Shown: piece by piece, positions 29,845 through 40,880 of the stretch | Numbering within the stretch: the stretch's first letter is position 1 | Layout: every line of letters starts with the position of its first letter | Source: Candidatus Latescibacterota bacterium | GTDB taxonomy: Bacteria > Latescibacterota > UBA2968 > SICM01 | Assembly: GCA_965217865.1 (NCBI GenBank) | Contig: CBDCJO010000002.1 | Location: forward strand, 3,264,001-3,328,000 | DNA: 64,000 bases | Reading direction: 5' to 3' | Position numbers and translations under genes: made by a program | The notes under the pieces: model-generated | What the model was told of the DNA's origin: nothing | What the model saw: the letters and a program-made list of their open reading frames with translations, nothing else | Database searches by the model: none

Positions 29845-30161
29845 GTAAACCACCCCGCCCAAAGGGCGGGGCATTAACCACTCCCACCCCCAAAATCTTC
29901 TGCTATCCGATGAAACAGCTTGCCCACATACGCTCGTTGGTCACCTCCCAGAACCCATTTCCGGTACTTCGGTGCCCATACCAGAGGATACTGGCTATCA
30001 TAGACTGCGTGACTGGTCCGTCGGAGTCCCATCGTATGCCTCCTGAGTCGATTTGTGTCTCAGTGGTCTGAACACGATAAGACATCCTTTTAGCTTGCCT
30101 TCGGCAAGCTAAACTTTTCCTCCCCTTCCAAAGGAAGGGGTATCCAAGTTCAAATACTTTC
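29845..30161 (-). mobile_element. Internally deleted copy of the IS200 element
   Basis: Both ends match 14266-14870; same TTCAT flank; about 290 bp lost at a TTTGG microhomology. Confidence 0.9.
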
Positions 30162-30439
30162 ATGAAGCCCCCAGTATCCACCTCGCAGAGATGTGGGCTG
30201 GAGATTCCGTGTCAATAAAAGCCACCGGATCCTAGGAACCACGTGTAATAAAGCACATGAACGCATTGCACAACCGTCCCCTGGTCTAGGGATAACGACG
30301 ATGGTTTCCGCCAAGCATTGATCGCAACCCTTCGCCGATCGCTTGATCAATCCTGATGACCGTCTACGGAACAGAAGGCTGTTCCGGTCTCCTCCATCAA
30401 TGCTCATGCTTTCTCCCAATCAGTCCTGTCGTTTTCTTG

Positions 30440-30540
30440 TGTCTGGGGAACATGAGAAAATGACGGAAACCCAATGCAGAGCAAACGAGACGGCTTGGTT
30501 CCCATCGGTGAAGTCTTCGGCGGCCTGGACGGGCCAGTGA
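30440..30540 (+). pseudogene. repA 5' stub
   Basis: MQSKRDGLVPIGEVFGGLDG versus MQRKRGELVLIGEVVSGLDD at 20762. Confidence 0.7.
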
Positions 30541-30544
30541 TCGT

Positions 30545-30842
30545 GCTTCCATCCGGGTTCTGCCGGACATGCTCCTTGGCCGTGACCGTGGGCTCCAGCG
30601 CGGCCTTCTGGATAACAACAAGGTTCGAGACTTTGAGATCCGCCTCGGTCTTTTTTATGGACTCCAAAAAATGACAAAATTGACCCGATTTCGCCGCCGC
30701 GCCAGCTCGGAGCCAGCGATAGAAAGTCCTTTCGCTGATTCCCGCCACCCGGCAGGCGTCTTTGTTCGAGAGGCCCCTTCCGAACACTTTCAGCGATCTC
30801 GGCCCCGAGCTCGGGTGTCAGCTTTGTTTTACGTCCCACCAT
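30545..30842 (-). pseudogene. Terminase-small-subunit-like HTH protein, frameshifted and truncated
   Basis: MVGRKTKLTPE...GLSNKDACRVAGISERTFYRWL...FLESIKKTEA. Confidence 0.65.
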
Positions 30843-31002
30843 CGTTCACCTTCGCTGCCTTGAGCCGCGCCTGTCTCGCGCGCGGGCGAGGGTTGCCTTG
30901 TTCCGCGAGCCAGTGGGCCGTCCGGCTCCGGGGCGCCACAGGCGCGCCTCGATACCGGGGTGAGTCAAAGGCGCTACGGCCAAACCTCGACCTAACGGCC
31001 TT

Positions 31003-31272
31003 TTAGAGGGAGGCCCAAGGGGCCAAACTCAGGGGGTCTCGGCGCGCGTCTTCCTTATCCCTGAGGACGTGTGGAGCGTAACCCATCCTTGCCGCCCTCC
31101 CTGCCAACCGATCCAGGAAGGAGTTCGCCGCCGTGAGCCGTACGCCTGGGGGCGCTTCCGGGTCTTCGGCAATGTCTGCAACGACTTCAAGCATCGCGCC
31201 CAGCCGGTCCCTAGCGAGGACCTTGTCCTTGCTTGACGACGTCTGGCGAAGCCAAATAAATAGTCTTGACAA
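31003..31272 (-). CDS. Phage-like small hypothetical protein or fragment
   Basis: VRLTAANSFLDRLAGRA resembles phage small-terminase-like motifs. Confidence 0.4.
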   Translation of the reverse strand: MSRLFIWLRQTSSSKDKVLARDRLGAMLEVVADIAEDPEAPPGVRLTAANSFLDRLAGRAARMGYAPHVLRDKEDARRDPLSLAPWASL

Positions 31273-31412
31273 AACGATCGCGAGTTGGTCTACGCCTGGG
31301 CAGATACCCCGTCAGGGCACAAAAACCTGTACAAAGAATCCCCCGCCAAGCACCTTCGTCCTATGTGTTCCAAGTGTTACAGCATGGCCGTTAATTCAAT
31401 GAGGATCAGAAA

Positions 31413-31664
31413 GTGAACGTTCGGATTCAAAGGCGGCGGACCAAAGGATGGCGATCCCCACGGGGATCAATTTACGTCGGGCGGCCGTCAAGATGGGGAA
31501 ACCCTTTCACGGGGCCTGGCTGCGTGGATAAGTATCGGGTTTGGTTTTTATCTCAACCCGGCATGCTTGCCGAAGCGAAGGAAAAATTAACAGGCCATGA
31601 CCTGTCGTGCTGGTGTCCGCTTGGTGCACCTTGTCATGCAGACGTTATTCTGGATTATCTTTGA
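31413..31664 (+). CDS. DUF4326 protein
   Basis: IYVGRPSRWGNPF...LSCWCPLGAPCHADVI. Confidence 0.9.
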   Translation: MNVRIQRRRTKGWRSPRGSIYVGRPSRWGNPFTGPGCVDKYRVWFLSQPGMLAEAKEKLTGHDLSCWCPLGAPCHADVILDYL

Positions 31665-31678
31665 TGGGAGGAAGTGAG

Positions 31679-32371
31679 ATGTTCAAGACTATCTTTCTGT
31701 TATCGATGTTTGCGGTCGCGCCAATCGAGGCGAAGCTGCTGCCGCTTGGTTCTTACGTTTCCATCATCGGAGGACCTGTATTCGTAAACGACGCAGAGTT
31801 AATATCAAGCGGTCGCGTGCGTGGGTCGTTGATAGTGGCCCAAAACGTCTCTAAGTTTGACACTGGCTTTAATACTCGTGGGGCGTTTGGCAGCAAAATT
31901 AATGGATGGCCGTTCCGGGTCGAAGGTGAGATCGGATATCGCAATACTAAGATCAAAGCCCTTCCCTATAAATCCTGGATCAGAGATGGCAAATCCACCA
32001 ATAAGGCTCTTGTGGATGCTGTCAACAACGTGTATCAGGCATCCGGAAATATGACGTCCTTGAGTATTATGACCAATGCGTATTATGACTTACATGATAG
32101 TGAAAAAATTATCCAGTATATTGGCGGCGGCATAGGATTTGCGCACGTATCCGTCAATGACGAAAGTGACACGGCCATCTCCGACAATATCGCTTATCAA
32201 TTCATCGGTGGAGTTGGATACAATATCAGCGATATTACTACTTTCACAGTTGATTATCGTTACTTCTCCACAACGACTCTTGAGCTTGAGGAGTTATGGG
32301 GATATGATTTCATGAGCAAAATCAATGTGGAAATCCACAGTGTCGAAATAGGATTACGATTTCATTTTTGA
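31679..32371 (+). CDS. Outer-membrane beta-barrel protein (opacity/porin-like)
   Basis: Signal peptide; RVEGEIGYR, MTNAYYD, AYQFIGGVGY, C-terminal GLRFHF. Confidence 0.85.
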   Translation: MFKTIFLLSMFAVAPIEAKLLPLGSYVSIIGGPVFVNDAELISSGRVRGSLIVAQNVSKFDTGFNTRGAFGSKINGWPFRVEGEIGYRNTKIKALPYKSWIRDGKSTNKALVDAVNNVYQASGNMTSLSIMTNAYYDLHDSEKIIQYIGGGIGFAHVSVNDESDTAISDNIAYQFIGGVGYNISDITTFTVDYRYFSTTTLELEELWGYDFMSKINVEIHSVEIGLRFHF

Positions 32372-32433
32372 CAAGGGCGGATCCAGCCAGGCCGTCAAGC
32401 CTTTATCCTTATCCGTCGTCGTTTTCCGAATCT

Positions 32434-35100
32434 TCAGGGACGGGTGTGAAGGTAACCCCCATTCGTGTGACTGTTGCACTCCACTGTCCCGCTCCACTGT
32501 CCCCCACTCGTCGGCACCGGACCAATCTCAGCGTCCGCGTCAGGCAGGGGGATCGCCATCCTCGCCCGTACCTCGACCCGGTAGCTGTCCATGTCGATCG
32601 CCTCGAGAATGCCCTTTGACAGGTCCTGCTCCTCAGGCGCCGGCAACTTGGGCGTCAGGAAGGTTAGAAATATGGACAGCTTCTCCCATTCCGCGTTTGT
32701 GTACGGCAGAATCGACGAGAGGAACCCATAAGTCCGCGTGAACACCTTCGTTTTGCCCTTGAAATCGACTTGGCCGTCCTCGTCGAGGTCGGATCTGTAG
32801 ATCGCCACGCAGCCATCCAGGATCGGATCGATCCGGTCGCGGTCGGCTCCGCTCAAGTAGAGAGCGACGAGTTCCTCCACCTGATCCCGGTTGTAGACCT
32901 GATAACCATCGAGGCCGGCCCTCAGGTCGTGTAGCTTGTCCGGATCGGTTTCTTCGCTGAGAATCGTGGTTCGATAGTAAGGTTCGAACGACGCTCCGAT
33001 GCCCTCGGCATCGTTCATGAAGTCCAGCACGAAAGTGTCGTGCTTCTGCGGACGCGCACGGTTCAATCGCGAGATCGTCTGAACCGCCTTGATGCCCGAG
33101 AGCACCTTGTCCACGTACATGGTGTGCAAGAGCGGCTCGTCGTAGCCGGTCTGGAACTTGTCGGCGCAAACCAGAAACCGGTAAGGGTCTTCCCGTATCC
33201 TGTCGGCAATCTTGCCAGACGGAAATCCATTGAGCGACGCCTCGGTGACCCTCCGTCCGCCGTATTCGTGCTCGCCCGAGAAGGCGACCACTGCCCGGTA
33301 GGGGCTCTTGCGTTCCTCCAGATACTCCTCGAAGGAGTGAAAATAACGGATCGCCCGTTGGATACCGTCGGTCACCACCATGGCCCGAGCATGGCCGCCG
33401 ATCTTAAGGCGCGCAATGACCTGATCGTGAAAGTGATCGACCATGATCTCCGCCTTCTGGCGGATGGCGTGCTCGTGCGATTCGATATATCTTCGAAGCT
33501 TCCTCTGTGCTCGTTTGGTGTCAAACAGAGGATCGTCCTCCACCGTCTTCATGAGCCGGCAATAGCTGTCCACCGGCGTGTAGTGCTCCAGCACATCCAG
33601 AATGAAGCCCTCCTGTATCGCCTGTTTCATCGTGTAGCTGTGGAATGGAACGTGCCCGACCTGCCCGCCCTTGGGTACGGGCTCTCCGAAAATCTCCAGC
33701 GTCTTGTTTTTCGGCGTTGCGGTAAACGCGAAGTAGCTGGCGTTGGGCAGCAGTCTCCTGGACTCCATCAGCCGGTTGATCTTGTCCTCGGTCGTCTCGT
33801 CTTCGTCCCCGGCACCGGCCGTCCCCAGGGCCATGGAGACCGCGGCGGACGTCCGGCCGCCCTGGCTCGAATGGGCTTCGTCGATGATGATGGCGAACCT
33901 GCGGCCTCGGTGTTCATCACCGATCTCGTCGAGAACGAACGGGAACTTCTGGACCGTCGTGATGATGATCTTCTTGCCGGTCTTCAAGAACGCTCGCAGG
34001 TCACCCGACCGCTCCGCATGGCCGACGACGGATTCCACCTGGGCGAACTGCCTGATCGTGTCACGGATCTGCCTGTCGAGCACCAGCCGGTCGGTGACAA
34101 CGATGATGGAGTCGAAAGTCGGTTTGCCGCCTGTTTCCAGTTCGATCATTTGGTGTGCGAGCCAGGCAATGGAGTTGCTCTTGCCCGATCCCGCCGAATG
34201 TTGGATCAGGTAGCGCTTGCCTGCGCCGGAAGCCTTCACGTCCGCCAGCAGCTTGCGAACCACGTCGAGTTGGTGGAAACGAGGGAAGATCTGCTTCGGG
34301 GCCTTCTTCCGGCCTTTGTCGTCCCTCTCCTCGACCACCTGGGCGTAGTTTTCGAGGATGTCCGTCAGGTTCCGCCTGGTCAGAACCTCCTTCCAGAAGT
34401 AGCCGGTCTTGAGGCCGGCGGGATTCGGCGGATTGCCCCCACCGTCGTTCCAACCCTGGTTGAAAGGCAGGAACCACGATCCCTCGCCTTTGAGGTGGGT
34501 GCACATCCGCACCTCGTGATCGTCCACCGCGAAATGGACGGCGCAGCCGCCGAACCGGAAAAGCAGTTCCCTCGGGTCGCGGTCGCGCTTGTACTGCTCG
34601 ATGGCGTCCTCGACGGTCTGCTTCGTCAGGCTGTTCTTGAGCTCGAACGTAGCGACCGGCAGGCCGTTGACGAAGAGCGCCACGTCGAGCGACAGCCTGG
34701 TTTCGTCCTTCGAGTAGTGCAGCTGGCGCGTGACGCTGAAGACGTTCGCGGCGAACAACTCCTCCGCCCTGGCGTTGCCGGGAGACGGCGTGCCAAAGAA
34801 GAACTCGACAGAACAAGGACCGTGCTTCACGCCGTTGCGCAGTACGTCGATGACGCCGCGTTTGGCGATCTGGCCCTGAAGGCGGTGGAGGAACTGGACG
34901 CGCTGCGGGCCATCCGTGCCGATGCCGAGCGTCTCGACGGTCTCTGGCTGCGTGGCGATCAGGAAGGCGAGAAGCTTGGCCAGGTCGACGGCATGGTCGC
35001 GGTCATAGTCCCTCGGGTCCCCGGCGGCATAGCCGGCCTCGTCGATCAGCGAGCGGACGATGAGCGATTCCAGGCCTTTCTCGCTGGTGTCAGTCGTCAC
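32434..35100 (-). pseudogene. hsdR: Type I restriction subunit R, C-terminally truncated
   Basis: FELKN, HSAGSGKS, DEAHSSQ, FTATP, QTISRLNR; after PVPTSGG the frame reads into the iteron block. Confidence 0.9.
32457..32507 (+). repeat. CTCCACTGT iteron-like block (longer copy at 50526-50590)
   Basis: CCCCATTCGTGTGACTGT..CACTCCACTGTCCCGCTCCACT shared between the two sites. Confidence 0.75.
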
Positions 35101-36469
35101 GACAGGCCTCCTCCATCACCTCTGCCTCGTCTGGTTCCGTCCCCTCTTCCAGGTCGTTGGTTCCGTCGAATGCGGGCTCTTCCCCAGACCCCGGAATCTC
35201 AACATCACGCACGTCGAGCCTGCCGCTCACGACGTCGCCGATCAGGCGGGTGCGATATTCGCGCAGCAGCTCGATTTGGCGGCGGGCGCGGTCAACCGCG
35301 GTGTCAATGTCGGCGGTGGCCTTGTCGAGATAGCGGACGATGGCGGCTTGCTCGGGGAGGGGTGGGAGGGATTGTTTCATACCACCAACAAACTGCCAAT
35401 CAGCACGGGGCATCTTGGCACCAAAAGTCGAAGCGCTGATTGCATCGACAATCGGTTTTGATCGAAGAAGGTATTTCAGATAGTTTGACATCAGGTCACC
35501 ATCACGGGGGCGTAACACTAGAAACTCCCCGACGCAAACCCCTTTGCGATCAGGTCGTGTGGCCTTTGCCAAGTAGGGCCGTAGCTTGCCGAAAAGTACA
35601 TCTCCGGCCCGGAATCGTTTTACGTTACCATCAAAGCCAACGTCCTGTCCGGCTTCACGAAACCTGCCAGTCCAACTCTCGACGTGTTCGAGAGCAATGT
35701 AAATTTCATCAGCCCCACGCTCGCTAGCTTGGTCAACAATATTTGCTACATACCCTTTAAGGCGAGCCACCTCCCAATGCTCTGGCACGTCGCCGAGCCA
35801 CTCGACGCCGGAGGGCTTGAGGGGAACGTCGGGATCCAGGCCGCGGGTGACGGCGCGGTGGATGACGGCCTGCTTCTGCTCCTCAAGCAACTTGATCAGC
35901 TTCTGCTTGGCGCGGATGTAGGCCCTGATGCGTTCGTCGGTGTGGTCGAGATAGCGGACGATGGTGGCTTGCTCGGGGAGGGGGGGGAGAACCAACGACT
36001 GGTTTCCAATATCACCTACGCTGACAGCGTCGTACGTGGATCCAGTGGAAACCAACTTCAAACCATGACCAAGTGTTTCGAGTTGGTAGTGAGAGAATCC
36101 AGTGTGGGAAATTCTCTCGTTTGAGGTAATAGCACAAAGTCCCCGACCAATGCCATATTCCTGATCGGCTGTGTTTAGCTTGCCGACAGGTGCGCGAACT
36201 GACATAAGTATCGCACCCATCGGACTGATTCTTGATGGAGCACGACAAAATTGCACAGGATTCGGGTGATGCGCCCCGAACTCCGCACAGCCTTGCAAGA
36301 ATGGTGGGCCGATGCGCTCGTCACTGCAATCGTTCGAGGATGGAGACTGACCCATAAGTAGCGTCACTGAGTATTTCAATCGCCGCACCTCCCAATGCTC
36401 TGGCACGTCGCCGAGCCACTCGACGCCGGAGGGTTTGTAGGAGGGGTAGGAGTGGAGGTCTCTAATCAC
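35090..36469 (-). CDS. hsdS: Type I RM specificity subunit
   Basis: Duplicated KPSGVEWLGDVPEHW and PPLPEQA.IVRYLD; two TRDs. Confidence 0.95.
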   Translation of the reverse strand: MIRDLHSYPSYKPSGVEWLGDVPEHWEVRRLKYSVTLLMGQSPSSNDCSDERIGPPFLQGCAEFGAHHPNPVQFCRAPSRISPMGAILMSVRAPVGKLNTADQEYGIGRGLCAITSNERISHTGFSHYQLETLGHGLKLVSTGSTYDAVSVGDIGNQSLVLPPLPEQATIVRYLDHTDERIRAYIRAKQKLIKLLEEQKQAVIHRAVTRGLDPDVPLKPSGVEWLGDVPEHWEVARLKGYVANIVDQASERGADEIYIALEHVESWTGRFREAGQDVGFDGNVKRFRAGDVLFGKLRPYLAKATRPDRKGVCVGEFLVLRPRDGDLMSNYLKYLLRSKPIVDAISASTFGAKMPRADWQFVGGMKQSLPPLPEQAAIVRYLDKATADIDTAVDRARRQIELLREYRTRLIGDVVSGRLDVRDVEIPGSGEEPAFDGTNDLEEGTEPDEAEVMEEACRDD

Positions 36470-37271
36470 GGAATGCTCTCAACCCGGTCGTCACGTAACC
36501 ATCCAGCTTCCGATGGAGGAGTGAAATCAGAGTGAAGTAGTCCGCTGCATCATCTTCACCCTTCCAGAGTATCTTCGGTTCGTGCGCGCGAGGGTTCCTG
36601 ACGGCCGCAAGGCAACCCTTCAGCAGCTCAGCAAATCCCCGGTGTTCACTCTTTTCCGTCTCGGTTTGCAACGAGTTGAACGCCAGCACTGGCCGGCTGG
36701 TAGAGAAGACCCGATCCACAAGGGTCGCTCCGTCCCCATCAACTCCCGACATCTCGCGAATCCGTTGCGCCAGCCCTTTGGTCGCCTCGAAGACAGCATG
36801 GAAGTAGTCGTCCTGCATAAGTTCAGCGCGACAGTACTTCATTACTTCCGGATGGATGCGCCGCCCCTGAAACTTTGCCTGGATCGTGTCTGCTCGCCGC
36901 TCTGCCTCGCCCAGCGTCTGTGCAGCCCGGCGCTTCCGGAAATTCCCGTCAGATCCGTACTCAAGCCCTGAGAATGCCAAGATTGTGTTCAGTGCTTGAC
37001 GGTGCGGTTCGAATTCCTCATTCCTGCCAACGAAACGGGCAGGCGTAAGGAAAGCCTTAATGAAGTTGAGTGTTTGGTTGGCGCACCTGTCCCTGTTCTG
37101 GACATCGAGGAATACCCAATAGAGCCTCCGCCATTTGGTGGATTCTCCCGAGCCATCAATCAGCCCGCAATGAGCCAGCATACGAGTGATATCCGGTCCA
37201 GTACCGCAATCACCGAGCAGTTTTGCCAACGACTCGATCTGACCTGCGGGGAACGAAGGAACCATGCTCAT
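36462..37271 (-). CDS. TIGR02391-family protein
   Basis: YFHAVFEATK, DGATLVDRVF, RNPRAH; overlaps both hsdM and hsdS. Confidence 0.88.
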   Translation of the reverse strand: MSMVPSFPAGQIESLAKLLGDCGTGPDITRMLAHCGLIDGSGESTKWRRLYWVFLDVQNRDRCANQTLNFIKAFLTPARFVGRNEEFEPHRQALNTILAFSGLEYGSDGNFRKRRAAQTLGEAERRADTIQAKFQGRRIHPEVMKYCRAELMQDDYFHAVFEATKGLAQRIREMSGVDGDGATLVDRVFSTSRPVLAFNSLQTETEKSEHRGFAELLKGCLAAVRNPRAHEPKILWKGEDDAADYFTLISLLHRKLDGYVTTGLRAFRD

Positions 37272-39232
37272 CTTTCCATTGTCCCAATAATCTTTTCGAG
37301 CAACCCCTCCGTCTCCTGCTCCAGCGCCAGAATTTCCGCCCGGATCTCCTCCAGCTTGCGCAACGGCTGTGGCTTGTAGAAGTATCGGGTGAAGCTGACC
37401 TCGTAGCCGGTCTTGATGCTGTCCGGCACAAACCATGCGTCAGGCGCATAGGGCAGCACTTCTCGGCGCAGGAACGCCTCGATTCCGCCCTCCTCCAACA
37501 GCGGGATTTGCTCGGTGTCACGCAGCTCAGTGTCGGGTTCGTACTCGACGACGACGGGCTTGCCCTTGACGGTGGCTGCGAACAGACCGCGCACGGGGTC
37601 GGGCTCGGTGCCCTTCCTGAGGATCTTCTTGATGACCGGAGGCGCGGTCTCCGAACGCCCGGCTTCCTCCTTGAGCGCCTTGATCTCTTTGGCAGTGCAG
37701 GCGCGCTCGGGGTCGATCCCCTCAAGGCGTAACGGCCGATCGACCGTTACCTTCCGGTAGCCGAAGGCCCGGTTCGGGAAGATCTTGGACTGCCCGGTTT
37801 CCTCGAACGCAAGAAACACGTCGCAGATGCGCCGGATGTCCTCGCCCGACAGTTCGCAGTTCTTCTTGCCGAGGTTCCTGCGCAGCGGCTTGAACCACTT
37901 GGTGGCGTCAATGAGTTGGACCTTGCCCCGGCGATGCTCCGGCTTGCGGTTGCCGAGCACCCAGATATAGGTCGCGATGCCCGTGTTGTAGAACATGTTG
38001 AGTGGCAACGCGACGACGGCCTCCAACCAGTCGTTCTCGATGATCCAGCGCCGGATGTTGCTCTCGCCCTGGCCGGCGTCGCCGGTGAACAGGGAACTGC
38101 CGTTGTGGACCTCGGCGATGCGGCTGCCCAACCTGGTGCCGTGTTTCATCTTGCTCAGCATGTTGGCCAGAAACAGCATCTGGCCGTCGCTGGAGCGGGT
38201 GATCAGCGAGTACTCCGGATCACCGGCGTGCCCGGTGACGAAGCGCCGGTCGCGCATGTCTTTCCTCCCACCCATGCGCTCAAGATCAGTCTTCCAGGAC
38301 TTGCCGTAGGGTGGATTTGAGAGCATGAAGTCAAATTCCCGGGACGGGAATGCATCTCCGGACAGGGTCGAGCCGAACTTCATGTTCTCGGCCTCGTTTC
38401 CCTCACCCTTCAGGATGAGATCGGCCTTGCTGATGGCGAAGGTCTCGGGGTTTACCTCCTGTCCGTAGAGGTGAACAGACACCTCCCTGCCGTTCTCTGC
38501 GGCGAGCTTGACGAGCGTCTCTTCGGCAACGGTCAGCATCCCGCCGGTGCCACAGGCGCCGTCATAGACGAGATAGGTGCCTGACCGAATCTTGTCTGCG
38601 ATGGGCGCAAGGATCAGACGGGACATCAGCTCCACGACGTCACGCGGAGTAAAATGCTCTCCGGCTTCCTCGTTGTTCTCTTCGTTGAAGCGACGGATCA
38701 ACTCCTCGAAGATCGTCCCCATGGAGTGATTGTCGAGTCCGGGAAGGCGAATGGAGCCATCCTGGTGCAAGACGGGTTTCGGACTCAGATTGATCGAGCT
38801 GTCGATGAACTTCTCGATCAGGAATCCAAGCGCGCCGGCTTCGATCAGGGTGGGAATCTGATTACGGAACTGAAACTTGGTGAGGACCTCCTGGACGTTC
38901 GGGGAGAAGCCGTCCAGGAAAGCCTCGAAATCGGCTCTGAGTTGCTGTTGCTTGCCCCGGGAGGCGAGATCACGCAGGCGGAAGGAGGACGTGTTATAGA
39001 AGGCCTGGCCGGACGCCTGGCAGAGCGCAGCATGCTGATTGGCGACGCCGGCCCTGTCGAGTTGCCCTTTCATCTTGAGCACGGCCTCTTTGGTCGGCTC
39101 GAGCACCGCATCCAGACGCCGAATGACCGTCATCGGCAGAATGACGTCTCGATACTTGCCCCGAACATAGACGTCGCGCAGCACATCGTCAGCGATGTTC
39201 CAGATGAAGTTGCCGATATTCAGGCTGCTCAT
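37268..39232 (-). CDS. hsdM: Type I RM methyltransferase
   Basis: GEHFTPR, DGACGTGGML, NPPY, FYNTGIATY. Confidence 0.95.
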   Translation of the reverse strand: MSSLNIGNFIWNIADDVLRDVYVRGKYRDVILPMTVIRRLDAVLEPTKEAVLKMKGQLDRAGVANQHAALCQASGQAFYNTSSFRLRDLASRGKQQQLRADFEAFLDGFSPNVQEVLTKFQFRNQIPTLIEAGALGFLIEKFIDSSINLSPKPVLHQDGSIRLPGLDNHSMGTIFEELIRRFNEENNEEAGEHFTPRDVVELMSRLILAPIADKIRSGTYLVYDGACGTGGMLTVAEETLVKLAAENGREVSVHLYGQEVNPETFAISKADLILKGEGNEAENMKFGSTLSGDAFPSREFDFMLSNPPYGKSWKTDLERMGGRKDMRDRRFVTGHAGDPEYSLITRSSDGQMLFLANMLSKMKHGTRLGSRIAEVHNGSSLFTGDAGQGESNIRRWIIENDWLEAVVALPLNMFYNTGIATYIWVLGNRKPEHRRGKVQLIDATKWFKPLRRNLGKKNCELSGEDIRRICDVFLAFEETGQSKIFPNRAFGYRKVTVDRPLRLEGIDPERACTAKEIKALKEEAGRSETAPPVIKKILRKGTEPDPVRGLFAATVKGKPVVVEYEPDTELRDTEQIPLLEEGGIEAFLRREVLPYAPDAWFVPDSIKTGYEVSFTRYFYKPQPLRKLEEIRAEILALEQETEGLLEKIIGTMER

Positions 39233-39445
39233 GCTTTGTCTCCTTCAACCGCTTGGCCTGCGCCAGCCCTTTCTTGCAGGTCGATCCATCCGTCAGGGTC
39301 CGAGGGTTTGAATCTCCATGCGCCGGCTGCCTCGAAGTCCGGCAACTCGACCCGCTGGGCCAACCGGTAGACCTTCTTCTCTTCGACGTTCAGGCGCCCT
39401 GCCAAGTCCCGGACGGTCATGAGCCCGGATCGATACGTCTGCCAT
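39229..39445 (-). pseudogene. Excisionase-like HTH regulator upstream of hsdM, 5' end disturbed
   Basis: LMTVRDLAGRLNVEEKKVYRLAQRVELP...AWRF. Confidence 0.65.
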
Positions 39446-39984
39446 GATGGAGTCCTCTTTGTAGTCGACAAATATAGCAAGGAATGACCGTTTGAACCAG
39501 TTCAAATTCAGGCGGGCCGGATACATGGCCCGTCGGGAGAGTTCCTGGGGCTCCATCCGTTGGAGATCGCAAGCGGATCGTCAGATCGCCGAGACGAGCG
39601 GTCAGGTGATCTCTGACAATCGGGAGATGGTCAAGGTGGTTTGCCCCGGTCCAGGGGAAGTGCTTGATTGTGAAACTGCACGACAGAAATACGAGTGACG
39701 ATTTGCCGAACGCCGTGCTACAACATTACCGCAATCTCCAGCACCATAGAAATACGATACTGGAGGGTGTTCGCACTATTGCTTTCCGCAATATGAACCA
39801 TTTGTTTTGTACCATGTCCCGAGTGGGTGTCAATACATTTGAGAATGATCGAGAAATCGATGTCTCATACGACATGATTTTCGAAGATCAGGAAATAGAC
39901 GCGGACGCGAACTGCCGCTCAACAGTAGAGTATATAAGTATGATTCCTTGGGGAATATACTTATCATGTTGGCCACAATTAAGG

Positions 39985-40200
39985 TAACATGGTGATATCA
40001 GTTTCAATTGGCGGCATATCGTACTGAATTCTCATGGAAGTACCGCATAACCAAGGAAGGGTTATCCCGGAGATGGTTCAGATAAATGCGGAGATTTCGC
40101 ATCAACGCCGGTCGGTTGCGCGCGCGTTTTCGGCCAACGGCGTTAGCCTTGACGTCCTGGTTAAGCATCTCATCCGGGTTCAGATCCGGACTGTAGGCCG
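39985..40200 (-). mobile_element. IS630 C-terminal remnant
   Basis: PAYSPDLNPDEMLNQDVK...VRYAA. Confidence 0.8.
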
Positions 40201-40204
40201 GGCC

Positions 40205-40490
40205 GACGGCGGCAGTCGGCACGCTCAGCCTCCTGGATGCCGGGATCACCGGAAACCGTTTCGGCTTCCAGTGGCTGGCCGGCGTGGACTACGCCCTGGG
40301 AGAGAAGATATCGATCGAGGTGAAAGTGCGCTGGGCAAGATTCGACGAAATGAGCGGCAGCGTCCGGTGGGACCTGATCCGGAGTCACGCGCTGGTCAGG
40401 GCGGACGGTGAGACCCCGTTCACGGGTCAGTTGAACCTCGACGGGATCGAGTATCGGGGAGTGACTCTGGGGTTGAAACACTGCTTCTGG
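40205..40490 (+). pseudogene. Outer-membrane beta-barrel protein, C-terminal half
   Basis: FGFQWLAGVDYALGEKISIEVKVRWARF...VTLGLKHCF. Confidence 0.6.
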
Positions 40491-40787
40491 GCGGCATGCA
40501 CGGCTGCCCCTGTAGCGTCAGGCGCAACGCCGACTGGAACCGCCGCCATCACGATCTGTCCCATCGCGAGGTCCCTTGACACCGGGTAATTCTCAAATCA
40601 CGTGCTCCCGGCGCAGTTTCCGGATCTCCGACAGCCGGTAGCCGGTCAGCATCAGGAGACGGATCGCGGCCACCGCTCAGGACAGTCCCTTGTGATGCCG
40701 CACGTTGACGCCTTCCCGGTCGATGAACCGGAGTGTGGTGCCCGGAGCCGAAGGATGAACGCGTGGTGATACGGAGCAGTGTGTCGT

Positions 40788-40880
40788 GGTACGTATTTCC
40801 TGAGTCGCCAGGACAAGCGAGGTGAGCCGGGAGAGCATCCGGATCCTTGGAGACGCACTTGCGCAGGCCCGGCTATTCCT
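40788..40880 (-). mobile_element. Short IS256 fragment related to 61090-61180
   Basis: Reverse complement matches GGATCCGGATGCT...GGCGACTCAGGAAATACGT. Confidence 0.7.

Noticed and set aside
33040-35439. 799-aa plus-strand ORF
   Set aside because: Antisense shadow of hsdR in GC-rich DNA
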